A DNA stretch of 64,000 nt from Botryllus schlosseri (Eukaryota), in contig CM119372.1 of NCBI GenBank assembly GCA_051294905.1, forward strand, positions 1,550,001-1,614,000, in the 5' to 3' direction. Position 1 is the stretch's first letter; each line of letters starts with the position of its first letter. The position numbers and the translations under genes were made by a program. The notes under the pieces were generated by a model, which made no database searches, was not told where the DNA came from, and saw only the letters and a list, made by a program, of their open reading frames with translations. Positions 1 through 13,713 of this stretch are shown piece by piece.

Positions 1-341
1 TGTTGGCCAAACATTCGATATTGATTTGTCTGTTCGTCAAAATGGTTTACACCGAATTGCCCGTCTTTGCGATCTGAGTAGACAGGGGAACACAATGCAC
101 CCTAATTTTAATTCGTGTGCGTCAGGCATATTTGCGTTTCGTACAGCTGTTGTCTGCTCGTTCTAGCTTATACTAATGTTAAAAGTGAATTCTCTTTGAG
201 GTGGGAGGCTTGGGTCGCGAGATGCAATTCAAACTCAGATGTGGGTCGCGGTCTAAAAAGTTTAGGAGCCACTGAAATATACCGACGAACATGCTTTGCT
301 ATCAAGAATACATTATGTTCGACATGTAGCCTGGCACTCAC

Positions 342-3300
342 ATTCATGTCCAACGTTGAACATACTGCTGTAGAGTAAATGAAGGATTGAAAAACCATCA
401 GGTTTGATACGCAGAACATATACATGAAAATGAGTATGAAAAGCACCCAAACTTCCTTGATTGGTCGCTCTTGTGGGGCCTCTGAAAGAGAGTTGCAGAA
501 CAGGAACATTTTCAGATTTTCCAGACTAGATAAGAATTAGAATTGAAATTGCTGAATTCGCAAAAACTAGAAAATTGATATAAATACCGAATTAAAAGAT
601 GTACAGCATTATACAAGTTCAGCTCATATCAAATCAAAGTTCATTATCATAAGCATTAGAATGGAAACTGTCTGTATATCAGGTTTGGATCGTTCCGCAC
701 TAAACAGTTCTCCTGCTGTAGCATTTTTGGGAAAAGAAGACATTCAAATAGAATTGAAATGAGAGCATTGATGTATTTCACTAGATTGGAACTAGATTAC
801 CGGCAATTCGCGCTAATTATTCTCATAAGATTGCTAGAATTATATCTATGTGTTCAAGTGTAATGTCATGGAACCGGAACCGGAACCGGAACCCAAAGGC
901 TATAACGCGGGCGTCAAACATACGGCGCACGAAGCAATTTCGAGTGGATTGATTCAGCACATTTCAAAGAAACGTTAAGATTTTTACTAAGAAATACTTC
1001 AATTAAATAATCCCTCAAGATAGCAGATGTCGCGTATATTCAGGGATCACATTATAACCACCAGACTGCGGAGTTGCGGTTTATAGTCACCATTAGGAAC
1101 AAGTCGCTGACATCGACACCCAATTACGAGAACGCAATAAATTGCATATTGACATCAGGGTTCTATGACAAATTGATAAAAAAATCGTGTAATTGACATA
1201 AGCGAAAACGCCAATCCGAAACCCTTATATGCAAGTTACATAGAGAATAAACTGAAATATACGTGGTCGCACTAATGCTTCCCTTCTGATTCGCCCGAAT
1301 CACAATATAATATCAATGAACATGAAGATAATTCCAACGTTCGTGTTGCAGCTGAAACTCTTTCATTTCTTAAAACGCATACGCAGGTTAGACGCCATTA
1401 TACGACTAAAACAAAGAAAGCATAGAAATATGCCAAGTTATATCGTCGTTGGAGTCACTGTTGTCTCGGTTTATAACTGTTTTTTAGCCGCCCAATCATC
1501 GCATTATTGCCAATTTCATTGTTTTCGAATAAAGGTTGCCAGAATTAAACTCCTATGACATGTAATATGTAATATAATCAGGGTTGCCATCGACATGGAC
1601 CCAAAAATAAGGACAGTCAAAATTTAGATTGGCATGAAAAAGCGTTTTTGTACATACGTTGTATTTATTCGAGCCGTGGCATATCACATTCCATACTTTT
1701 CGCCAGAAACAATCCAGCAACACCTTGTTATTAGAAAGTGCTTCATGGATCTCACGACAGCTTATAGGTCTAGGTTTACTTGAGCCGAAACAGCACTTCA
1801 CCCCCCCCCCCCTCCATAGGGTGATAAACCAACGTTCTTCACCTCGTTGTGATAAGAGGCGTCAACAAAGATGGAAAAATGCCGTACACCAAGTTTAGAC
1901 AAATTCATTTTTGGGCGCATGGAGCAAGAACCCCACTACAATGCTTGTACTCTTGGTCCTGGCCGGGGAAAACTTATTTGCGACGTTGGAGTCAGGGAAT
2001 ATTGTTTTGAACAATTGCGATGTGCAATTGTTGGTGAGGAATGATAGCTGGTGTTTGACAGTATGGAATGCCCCTTTACCCTCTGCAGCAGCTGCCTTGT
2101 AGTTTGTGGTCGTTGGTGCTGATCGACTTGTGGAAAAATTATTCACAGACTGTCTCAAATTAATCATTATGACACACTTCTTGTGTTTCGGGGTATCAAT
2201 GTGAGTTGAAATTGCGGTCTTTCCTATGGCCTCCAGGTTAATGTCACTATTGCCGATATTACAACGTGAGAAACCTTTCAAGTTTCGTAAGATACCTTTG
2301 AATTCTCTCTTACAATCGTCATGAAAAAAGTTTTTGCGTCTGCGCATTTTAACTAACCAGATTTGGCCTTATTAGTAGCTAAAACTATGTGCACAAGTGC
2401 AATATAATTTAGAAAATTTGTCAATGATTTATAGCTTTACTACTTTTTAACCAATTTGTCGACTGCACTGCGCCTTTTTTCACTGTGCAACAAATGCTGC
2501 CTTCGCCACAGCTCGAGCTTATTCTGATGTAGACCGACTGCGGCAGCTTGGTGCAGACGAAACTGCTATACCACCACTCACCAGGGTTGCCAACTACTGG
2601 AAGGCTCTCGGAGCCAAATATATTGTAAAATAGTGCCAAACTGACTGAAAAAGTGCCAAATTATCTCAATTGTTCGAAATGACCATATATTTAAAGAAAA
2701 ATGAGCTTCAACATTCCATTTAAGCTTAAATTAGGCTACAGAAGGAAGATCGTACACCTTGGCGGAATTTGTTTTGCACTGCGTATACAGGGTTGTCAAG
2801 TAAATTTAAATATGCAGAAGTCCACAATTCGGAAACAAAAGCGGCACGAAAACGAGCAGCACAAACTTTACAATGGATCAGCTCGCTTAGGCATCACGAA
2901 TTATAAATATGCCTTAACGATCTAATCTTAGCCAGTGTTCGTTCTTCAATGTTCATATGTACGTACAAGAAAGGGAGACCATGTCTGGTAGCCTAACTGC
3001 TGAATGATAGTTGGAATTACACACTGGATTTTTCCATGGAGAGCAGATAAAATGATCTTCGACCTATTTCCATGTACACCACGGCAGTTTTTAGCAGGCC
3101 ATGTGTAGTGTGTACTGTACGTATGGCAGTGCAAAATAACGATTTATAATAGGACGTATGACATGTATGTCCCTACTGAACTTATATATTTCTCTAATTA
3201 ACGTCAATTACTTCCTTGTGTGCACGAGCAAACAGCACTTTAATATAATGATATAATGAACTTTTACCAAATTTTGATTGTGGTAGTTGAAGAAAGTCGA

Positions 3301-6300
3301 AAGCCCCAAAATAGTGCCAACGTGCCAAACTCGAAGTTCCGGTGCCAACCCACGTCAAAATGAGCCAAAGTACAGAAATGCAACTCACTGCCCTAGCCCT
3401 CACCAGTTAGAAGTCAAATCTTCTGGTGTGTAAATCTTGAGAGTTCCTATCATTTTTGATGTCATAAAATCTCGACGTAAAAGCATAATTTTAGAATATT
3501 ATGCAACACTACCAGAGAAAAACGATCGAAGTTCTTCAGCGTTTTAAAATAAGACAAAATAAGGACGCAAGTCGAAAATAAGGACATATCTTAGAAATAA
3601 GGACAGTTGAATTTTCTAAGACGTGACCCTTCAAAATAAGGACAAATCTTAAAAATAAGGACGGTATGGCAACGCTGAATATAATACTATCGTGTATGCT
3701 TGATAATAAAGTATTCAAATGAAAAAGAAGGACGTTGATTTTGAGGTAATATTTTGGAATCATTCGACTGGTGCGGTCCGCGAGCTATCTGAAGGTTTGA
3801 GTCCGGCCCGCGACGTCATTTGAGTTTGACGCCCGTGTTCTACATCAATATTGGCAAATCGCCAATTGTTACATTTCGATGAAATTCCGATACCATAATG
3901 TGAAATGAGCGTCATACCTATCTCATTCCTTTTATCGTGGAAAATCTTCTTTTCAATGCCACATAATAGAAGGACGACGAAGATTATTGCTACCAATGTC
4001 ACGTACGAGCCAATCGCCACAAAGCACCAAATCACGGGGTTGAACGTATCGGCTTCTGTAATCATGAAATATCATCAAACGCGACCAATTGTATACGAGT
4101 TTTGTGCGCTCATCTTTTATACTTGTTGCAGATGGAACGATACACACGATATTCTCGCTAAATTAATGAGATAGTCAGTAACCAACTGCTGTACGACGTT
4201 TCCGGAGTAATCGAGTAGTTACTGGCTACTTGCAGAAGGGCTACTTCCCCAACTGCTTATGTTTTCATATGAAATGTGCTAGTACTTTTTTCGTTAAATG
4301 ACAAAATTTCTACACTAAATTTTCAAAAGTACAAAATAGTTTTGAGACAGGTTTGCATAATTTTCAGTTGGAGAATTGTTATAAAAACGCATGAAATATC
4401 TTTCCAATGATTGCATCAGTTTGTAGTGCACTTAGCCATTTTTGTCAATAGCGAAAAAGATCTTCTAGTTCCAAAATTACACTTCCACTTCTTTCGAACA
4501 ACTGCAAAAAGTATTCGGCCTATCTATCGAATCTACTTCGTGATGCTCTACTTCCTTCAGTACTACGGTTTTACTTCCGCTTGAGTATTTTTACCAATCC
4601 GCAAACTAGCATTACACCTATTCAAGATCGGTTGCCAGGATGCCCAACATACGAGCATGCGACACAAATGAAAAACGACAGTTGAGCATGGGACACTTCA
4701 GCAGGGCACTTCATAACCCTAATACTAACCCTAACCCGAGACATAGCCCTGGAATTAACCCCCATATATATACTTACCCCAAGCCTTACCCTAACCCAAA
4801 CCGAAATCCAACCCTAACCCACCCCTAACCCGTAATTTAACCCACATGCTCATGCGTCACATGCCCAATTGTCGCATGCCGAAGTGTCGCGTGCTATAAT
4901 ATCGCATGCTCATATTTCCGTGGACCGCTTCCCACTCTTTGAAGCTGCAGGATTTCAGTCTCTCCGGGAAGTTGCCTTTGGTGGATTTGGAAGATTTTCT
5001 CCCCTTCTGATACCTTCCCGTCATTTTGTTAACGATGGAAGTGTCTTTGCCGTTACTCTAGCCTTGGATAACCCTGTCAGTTTCCAGCGTTCTCACGCAT
5101 GTTGCGGCTACTTCGAGAACGTCGTCAAGGGATGGATAGGTTTGTGTTAGACAATGCCGTCTCACATCCGCGCGCGGCGTTTCGTCAATGATGAGATCAA
5201 GCATTGGCTCGTCAACATAGCTCTGATCACAGCCTTCTCTTGAACGCGTGAAGTGCAATCTTTGGAGATTCCGCGTAGAGTAGCAATCCAATCGGCATAC
5301 GACTGTCCTGGTTTCATTTTGTAATTGTAAAATTATTACCTGGCTGCTTTTACATGAATGGAGTCCTTGAAGTGTGTAGACAGCTTCTCAGTCAACACGT
5401 CGAAGGATTGCACACTGACATCAGCAGCACCAAACAAATTACGTAGGGGCGAGTACGTTTCAGGTCCAACCGATGAGAGTAGACACGCTCTTCTTTTCTC
5501 CATGCAGGAAATGCCGTAAATTGCTAGGTGGTGGCTGAATCGTTGCAGATATTGGTCACGTTTCTACATTGATTTTATGAACGAATCAAACTTGGGAGCG
5601 GTAGCTTCAGATGTTGACACACCGGACTGACCCTCTGCGTTAATTGCGCCATTTCTTCTTTGTGCTGAGCATTTTGCTGCTTCATATCTTATTTATGCTG
5701 TGCCATCTTTTCTTTGAGCTGTGTGCGTTGTCCCGCCATCATTTCCTGCTGCTTCTCGAGAAGCAGCATACGTGACTCCATGATGTATGTCAGTCGCAGA
5801 AATAACTATGAATCCGACTTCTGACACCAAATGTTGTGCTCTTGATTTTTTTTGAACAATAACTCGTACGACGAGGTTGCAATATCAACTCCAGCAGAAT
5901 AACTTCGAGGCAGCGACACGATCCAGAGTGCAGATTAACAAAAGACCAGTAGACAACAGAACACAGGGTATAAATACGAAGCACGACACACGAGAAAATA
6001 ATGATTGGCGGTAATTACTAATCCTAGACAAATAAGAACCAAACGATACCAACGTAAAATGGACGAACATAACACAACCCTCGCGAATTCTTCATCTACC
6101 GCAATTCTGTAATCTGACCTCCTCATATATTGCATAGGAATAACAATTTGACTGTGTTACTGAAATTTAAAAAAATTACTCCAATCTCGCTATTTTCCTT
6201 TGGGGACAGGTTGCTCGCCGGATTATGTTTGTATTTACCAGTTTTACTGTGAATAAAGAATATAATAATAATATTTCGTAGAGATTTACGGCTACTTTGA

Positions 6301-9300
6301 TCACCTCTGCCAAATTGATGTCGAAGAGAAATACTACAAACCTGCAAGACGGTCCGTGTCATACAGGGCATTCTTTGAGTCGATGTGGCATGTTCTGGCG
6401 TTGGTGTGATGCCGGCTCTCCATTTCAAGGAATGGCTTCGCTTGAATATGATAATGAATTTTAGACGTCATTTTAGTCAACTCACATTCACGCTTCCATT
6501 GAGAATGGTATGCACGTGATAAAGATAAATTGGATGTACCTAAAAATGGCGTATATATTTGAATCTCTCCTGAATTGTAAACGATGCCACCTGTGAATTA
6601 TTGGAAATTATCTATATAATCAATTTGAGTGAAAAAATAGCTGGTACGTTTTACAGTACTTGAAAATAGATTTTAGTACAACATCCATTGTAGTAAAAAA
6701 ATCCATTATTTTGAGTAGGAGGTTTCTGATCTATATAGGCTCTATATATATTGGTATCAATTCTTACCTATGATTGGTGCAAGAAATGCTCCGACAATGA
6801 AAAATACGTTCGTTATCTGTACGAATGGTCTGGCTGTAGCCTCGCTCCAATGTTTCAGATACATAGCTTCTATACCTGCAGTGAACAATAATAAGATCTT
6901 GTTGATCGACTACCCGGCATGCTTATTACGAAGATTCACATTCAGCATGCAATTATGCATACGGCACACGACATGTGTGTGTGACTATTTTACTGTATGC
7001 TTTTTCTTGGTGCCTGATGTAGCTTTGTGAAGGATCATCCACAATCTTGCGGTATTCAGTGACAAGACAATACTGTGCTAAGGTTGCCATACGTCCGGAA
7101 CTTGTCGGGCATGTCCGAATTTCACCGTTCAAACTGCGCCCGGGACGAAATTCCAAAATATGCATAAATGTCCGGAATTATGAAGGCTTAAAGTAGGATC
7201 ATTTTGTTCGTAAATAAATAAAACAAACGATACTAGTTTTGAGCGGATTAATGCCGCTGGAATTTTTCTTCGCGATGCGCACGATTTAGGGTCGCATTCA
7301 TTGATTTTAGTATGCGAACCACCGCCCTTGCCAAACATGCAATCAAAAATATATAAATTACCCATAATTTATTGAAATAAGTCTACTTGTATTCGCAATT
7401 ATAGGAGAACGGTATATTCCTAGAGACAGTTAAGGCCGTTAGATGCTCCGGACAAAATTACTGGCTCCAATCCTGGGGGTCGTTTGCCTTTATTCTGGGT
7501 TTCGCGAAGATGTTGAACGTAGTCAGCTTCCAAAATAGGCCCTGAGTAAGTCTGGACAGAGGTGCTGACTATGCTTCAGTAATCAGCTTATCAAATTTTG
7601 ACCTGGGCCACAGAACATTTTCAAGTTAGAAATGAAGTCGTGACCATAAAATTTCAAAAACCACTTGATGTGCAACCTGCTGGAGCGGAGTGGCATTTAG
7701 GCTCATAAATTCGTGTGACATGACAGGACTTTAGCGACCAGATGCATATAGAACCCGATAAGTTGCATCAATGACCCTATGGTGGGATCAAGATCAGTAT
7801 TTATTTGGACGGGAGAGAGTTGAAAATATGTTGCTTTGGTCCTGGTTACAAGATACAACCACATAAATGCAGCTACCTAACATTAAAGTGGCTCTTGATC
7901 CGTATCATGACCACCCCTGCCCTATACCATACAAATGTATAATCTATACTGCGTACAGTAACATATCCCATATATATTTGAACATTTATATATGAATATA
8001 TATCAATTACATATCAATATGGACTGCTTCGAAACGCGTGCAACATACGAGGTAGCATTTACTAATTGAACCATCCTTATTTGCATGCAGTCGACTTCGT
8101 GTAATTCGGACACTCTGTTTCCGCTCACTTTAAGTCATTTTAAGCGGGAAATCGATTGTGTGTTATCGTTACATGGTCATGCGTATAGGGCAGGCAGACG
8201 GTGTATCCAGGCAACTTCTTTTCCAAACTCGAAGTTTGAGAGAATTACAAATAATTTTGTTAATCAGATAAAGTAGAGTATTTCGGGGGCAGATTTATTA
8301 CTAGATTTAGTGTATTCGAATCAAACAGACGGCTTACGTTCAATATACTCCAAGCCTTCTGGCGGCTCTGACGGACCTCTAAATATGTCATAAAAATAAA
8401 AATAGATGATAGTTGTTGTTTGTTTCTATAAATAGTTGAAGTGTTTATGTATATGAATGCTAAAATGAGGGATATTAGTTATGTTTAAAGCCGTAGAAGG
8501 CCGCTTCTGAAAACCGGGAAAGAGAATTCTTGAAGACTAGGATCAAACGCATGGATCAATTCTCGTATGACAAGGATATATCGTGAGTTCTCCTGGTCAT
8601 CTACCTTTGTATATCGTCTCTGTGGAGAGTTAATCTCGACACAATTTTACTAACATCAAAATAACGGCTCATAGGTAAGTATAAATTGCAATAAGTCCAA
8701 TAATAATCGGCGTAAAATCTCCTACAAACGTGTGTATCAAGTGCTGGACTGTACGAAGAGCTATCACATAACGACATAATAGTATGTTGTAGTAATGATA
8801 TGCATTTTCAGTTTATTTCAAAGTATAGCAGTCGCCGATCTGCGTCTACCAATGCTAAAATAACCGATATAGAATCTATAGAAGTCCATGTGCATGCTTT
8901 TGAATTAGCTTGATGATGAGATCGTGAAGTGGGCAAGCTGCCTATACATTTTCGTAATAAATAGCCGACTGTAGTGTTTTTATGTGGCTCGGTACGTACT
9001 CTGAAGTTTGAAATAAGGCTCCGAATTCCACCAAGGTTGCGAACCAGTGGCCTATCTGTTCGTCTCGATTATTATTCGAATTTGCATGCATGTCACGTCA
9101 TATTTGGTGATACGACTGTTCATGTACTATTTCCTTTTGAAATATTTACTAGCTGCCGACTGTTACCCCCGACGACAGACAGCCGAAAAATTCGGGTTTA
9201 TTTTAATAGGAACATTATATTCAATGGTATATTAAAGTTCTGTGCCTAAGTGCCCATTGAAATCTAAAGCTTCACATTATTTTCAACCAGAGGATTGCCG

Positions 9301-11675
9301 GGAGTTACAGGTAGAGTTAAATCCGTTTTGAACATATCTTTGTCCAACATTTCTCAGTGCTGCATCTCACCACCATAGAAGTACCCGAACATGATTCCAC
9401 CGACGGCTTGGACAATTCCAAGCAGTGCCCTTGAGTGAAGGAATGGCGTGACAGTCAGCAGAGCGCCTAGTGCCAGCGAAGTAAAAGCTGAAATAATTAA
9501 TTCAAAATCAACGACGTGCTTATCCGGTCCTCATTAGATAATTCTAGTTGTCGGATTAAACTAATTAGAACTTAATGTCGGTAGTCCAATTCTAATCTAA
9601 TTTTTGAGATGTTTCTGTGATCCCATATTAATCTAATCTAATTTCTGGTTTTCCTGGGAATGCTACAGGAGAACGGTATAGTGCCAAACGTGCCAAGCTT
9701 GGTCTTAATTCAGTAAATCTACTTTTAATCTAAATTGTAAACGCTGAAAAGTTTCCAGTTGTCCGACCCTGCTCATAATCTGTCTCTCACACAAACTCCA
9801 TAGGTGATGTGACCTCTTCATAGAGGACGAGAGGGCGCTGAAAATGATTGCTCCAACAAATACTCCGACAGATCGTACTACGAGTACTACAGACACTTGG
9901 TCGATTCTTGAATCCGTGTTTACTGCCAGGAATTGCAGCGTTGGTCCGGTAATCGATATGAAAAGCCCCTGTGAAGACATCCCTTATAATTTCTTCTGCA
10001 GTACTCTTGGTGAAAAGAGTATACATTCACCAGAGGTGGTGAAAGTAAACAAAAAAGCTACCCAAGTAGAAGTGGAAGTAGCGACGCACAAATCTACTCA
10101 AGTGCGAGTATAAATTTTAAAAGCAACTTCAAGCTACTTAAGGTAGAACTAGAAATGACTGACTTTAAATGTTCTCAAATATGTAAGTAGTTTTGAAAAC
10201 AATCTCAGTTCGTTCTTATGGACTGTCAAAAGCTGCAAATTGAGCTATGCGGAAGGTACAGAGAGCGTGATTCGTATTGATGCAACACAGGAGGTGTACA
10301 TTCTCGACAGAAGAAGCATTCTTTCGCATCATGTGAGACAAATTATAGTAGTGATATGAAAATGCGATACTAACCCTTTGTTTACTCGAAGACCCCGTTT
10401 TAGGGAATATCATGACATGGCGCCATACCCCGTTATAAGGCCCAGAGCCTAAACGAAGAGCAATACTAAGAAATTGTATCGGATACAGTTTCAATACTTT
10501 GCACGATTAGTATTCCTTAATAACAAACGTTGTGTATCGTAAAATTGCCATTTAGTGCGGCTTTATTTTCGGAAAACAGAAGCATTAGCCTACTGCACTT
10601 GCTCTTATACTTCAATATGCCTATGTTGTGCAGACAAAAGAACTGAAAGTAAATAGAACTCAACGTATGATACTTGGAATTGAAAGGGAAATACAAATAC
10701 TACTTCTAAAAAGTGGAAAATATACTTCATGTCTTTTGTCCATAAATCTTCAAAGGTGGTCTGCTAAAATAGGTGTAACGTTAAAAAAGCCGGATTCTCC
10801 AGATTAGTAGGAGACGTCATGGACTGCTAGATCACGATATCGTAAGTAATTGCTAGATTGCGAAACGGTCATATTTACCATGATGAAATATTTGATATGG
10901 ACCACAATGCGGTGTGAGTGAAACCACGCAATCCGGTACGTTAATTATAGTCACTGGTACTTTCGTGAAAACACAATTGTCACTCCATAACTACTGTGCG
11001 CGAAACGCAGCATAGGTTCTGGTCTTTTCTTGACTTCTATGAATATTAAATGTTGGAACTCCGTGAAAGCAGCCCCGAAATTTGATCGTCATCATTCCTT
11101 GGGACGGAAATACTCATGACTTTGGGCAACAACATTACTCATCTCTAGCTATAATACATATGCAAACGTGCACTACAATAGCATGATTTCTCTATAAAGA
11201 CCTAAATTATCTAACTACCGCTTTCAGCCTATTGGTGTATCTCGACTTTCAATACTTTCCTTAGCAATGAAAAGCATACATAATCAGCTTCTGCAGTGTA
11301 TTCTACTTTGATGCGCTCTGTATTATTGTGCGGCAGCTTCATGCACCGTAGATTCATAGGTCGAATATAGGTGTATTTATCAGATTTCCACGATAACGCG
11401 GAGACTGAAACAGGTAAACTGAAGTTTCCTGTACCAAATCATCTGTGCCGGGTATGGGCGGGTTTTATGCTTATCGACTATTATAAGAAGCACACACATC
11501 AACAGTGCAACACAATCACGACCACGAGCAAGTCCAGGTCTGAAGATTTGGGTTATTGCGACTCTCCAACCATTCGAATTCGTAATACTCACATAACAGC
11601 TCATGGCGAGCGATGATACCGTTACGAATAGCACGACCCAAACAAGGGTTTTCTGGTCTCGCCTTTCACGGTGAC
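342..11675 (-). CDS. MFSD4: MFSD4/NaGLT1-like MFS transporter, paralog A (partial; exon 1 not located, 3' exons beyond the window start)
   Basis: GT-AG exons on the - strand: 11675-11593, 9968-9791, 9487-9371, 6875-6768, 6440-6342, 4055-3918, 481-342. They splice in frame (WVVLFVTVSSLAMSCY/GLFISITGPTLQFLAVNT.../GIEAMYLKHWSEATARPFVQ...VGAFLAPII/AKPFL.../NPVIWCF.../YMFCVSNLMVFQSFIYS). The GPTL, G-x-LAP and KPFL motifs are typical of the family, and intron phases match paralogs B-D. The symbol denotes the family, not 1:1 orthology. Confidence 0.88.
489..860. mobile_element. CTAAT/AATTAG-rich MITE, copy 1 (gene A intron 7, abutting the acceptor)
   Basis: Starts AGAGTTGCAGAAC..ATTTTCAG..TTCCAGA and has AATTAG repeats. 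It is similar to copies at 9535, 23244, 37348 and 62027. Confidence 0.72.
869..892 (+). repeat. (GGAACC)4 microsatellite
   Basis: Read directly from the sequence. Confidence 0.9.
906..3837. mobile_element. Older hAT/Charlie-like MITE apparently enclosing the 1579-3677 element
   Basis: The ends CGCGGGCGTCAAAC...GTTTGACGCCCGTG are inverted repeats, and the right part (3690-3837) matches 19050-19185. No TSD was recognisable. Confidence 0.5.
1579..3677 (-). mobile_element. Defective hAT transposon with an N-terminal transposase relic
   Basis: TIR CAGGGTTGCCAT...ATGGCAACGCTG, subterminal AAATAAGGAC repeats and TSD AATATAAT (1571-1578, 3678-3685). ORF 2347-1895 contains AAEG..FHTVKH.LSF...FPDS.VA.KFS.ARTK. 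Confidence 0.88.
4629..4927. mobile_element. Small MITE-like element with central degenerate (CCCTAA)n repeats
   Basis: CGGT...ACCG ends and inverted subterminal GAGCATGCGACAC / GTCGCATGC motifs flank AACCCT-type repeats. Confidence 0.6.
4930..6074 (-). mobile_element. Truncated Gypsy-like LTR retrotransposon: 5' LTR (6074-5832), tRNA-Leu PBS (5829-5811), degenerate gag
   Basis: The LTR runs TGTT...AACA and is followed after 2 nt by TGGTGTCAGAAGTCGGATT. The broken gag reads DQYLQRF...RACLLSSVGPETY..LRNL...KPGQSYADW..TLR. Confidence 0.8.
9535..9771. mobile_element. CTAAT-rich MITE, copy 2 (gene A intron 3)
   Basis: AGATAATTCTAG...TTTCCTG..AATGCTACAGGAGAAC...CCAAGCTTG...GTTGTCCGACCCTG is shared with copy 4. 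The left TIR is deleted. Confidence 0.72.
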
Positions 11676-12005
11676 CTGTCACAAAGTAAAATGCTCAGTC
11701 GTTGAAACGATGACATTCTATTTCTATATCTGGGGCTGGACAGAATTGGGTACCCCAGAACGAATGTAATGCCGGTTTTACATCCCATTAAAGATTAAAT
11801 GGAATTATTTCCCAACCATATCTATTTTATGTCACTTTGTGTCAATGCTGTTGATCGCGACTTTAGGAAAATGTCATTTCAACTAACATGCGTTGCGTAG
11901 CTTTGTACTTCATTTTTCGCATGTCGTGATATTACCAATCGAGGTTTACTGCCTTCCACAGTGGAAAACAGTATCGAAACTACTATTCGTGTTGATGGAT
12001 TAGGC

Positions 12006-13713
12006 CAGTGCTCTTCAACCTATTTCGTCATGGTACACTCTTTTAACTTTCATTCGAAACTCATACACCCCTGACCACATGACACGCTGATTCCGCAGTA
12101 AGCTTAATCCAGGGGAGTCGAACAATTTCGCTAGTCACAGACATTTTCGATTAGATTAGATATATAGCATACAGCCGTCATGGCATCTCGACGTCATAGT
12201 CACGATAAATTAGCTTCTGCAAACTTGCCGTAGGCTTGGGCTACTATATCTATGCACCAATACCGGCAGTTCAAATGCTAGGGAATGTTATATGGATTCC
12301 TTTTCTACTTGAAAAAATAATTTCGTCGATAATGCTGGTTGTTTCATATAATACTGTCAAATATTTATTCATTCTTCGCCCACGTGATCAGACTAACGAA
12401 TAGAGCTGATATAGGAGGTGTCTTCGAAAGTTTTGGGCACAGAATTAATGATGGTGCATATTCCGGTTTATTAAGTCACTTTGTTGCATGTTGCTATTTT
12501 TGACGTCCCATCAGGATTGCAGGTATTGTCGAAATCTATATTGGAATCGCCCAAACGTAGCAGAAAATAACCTTTATTGGTGAAACGCACACAATTCTGT
12601 CTGATATTTCTTTATTGGGTGCATCATTTTCCTCTGCGTTTTGATTATGTATGGTGTGGCGCAGAATACACAATTATATTAAAAAAGGAAAAATCACCTT
12701 GAATCGCACCAAGCGTGAATAAGATTTTGAAGTTTAATTAAAATCTCTCAAAGATTTAGGAACCAATTCGTTCAATTCAAATTGCAAATTGACGGCCGTC
12801 AACACACGCTAATTTAATTATGTGTAAAGGGCTCGCATAATTATTGCTAAACGGCTGCATGCGACCGTACGTACGCCTGCAGGATTCCACATATGGCCTG
12901 GTGAAATATTGATGAACAAGGCTGCAACGTATTAGGAATGCGAAATACTAATCAGGGCTCTAGGTTACCGGACCACCACCTAACACAGTGTCGCTCAAAC
13001 TCGACCCATTACCAATAAACGATGAATCAATGAGGTTAAGTATTTGCTTATGTACCACAAAAGGAATGTTATTTACAAGCTGCGTGCAGCTGATATGAAC
13101 ATTGCACTATACTGCATAGGGTTACCGTACGTCCTCTTCTAAGAGGATTTGTCCTCTTTTTTGACTTTTTTGAAAGCGTCCTCGAAGGACCCCCTTTTGT
13201 CCTCTTTTTTGAGATTTTGTCCTCTTTTTTGAAAATTTAGGTCATCTTTAGAGCAAAATGCGAGTGATATGCCGTAAATTAGCACAGCAGTGACGTTCAA
13301 ACGGTATTTTGAGCTCTGAGCAAATAGATGACTTTTCTTTCAGTCAACCACCCGGCAAGGTGGAGGAAGAAACGGTATTTCGGGCTCTGAGCGGGAAAGT
13401 TGACCTTTTTTTTTAGTCAACCGATCACAAAGTGGGAAAAGTTCACCGATTTTTGAGAATTCTTCTCCGGTTTTGCAAGTCTTAAATTTCTGAAAAGTGT
13501 CCTCTTTTAGATTTCCAAAATATGGTAAGCCTAATACTGCACAACCTGTCAACATGTTCTGAGGCATTAACATGCCTATTTATTGTGATATCTAGTCAGT
13601 GGTCCATTTCAATGCGGGTCTGGTACACCCCAGGACACCCCATCTGAGTGGTACACCCTTTTATAATTTTGGTACAGCCCAGAGTGTACGAAACATCCGG
13701 TTGAAGAGCCCTG
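12006..13713. mobile_element. Non-autonomous hAT element
   Basis: TIR CAGTGCTCTTCAACC...GGTTGAAGAGCCCTG with TSD GATTAGGC on both sides. Confidence 0.88.
13117..13533. mobile_element. hAT MITE (TAGGGTTACC family) nested in 12006-13713
   Basis: TAGGGTTACCGTA...TATGGTAAGCCTA with TSD ATACTGCA on both sides. Confidence 0.9.

Noticed and set aside
4714..4843. Telomere-like CCCTAA repeats
   Set aside because: They are degenerate, short and enclosed by inverted repeats, so they are part of a MITE rather than a telomere or fusion scar.
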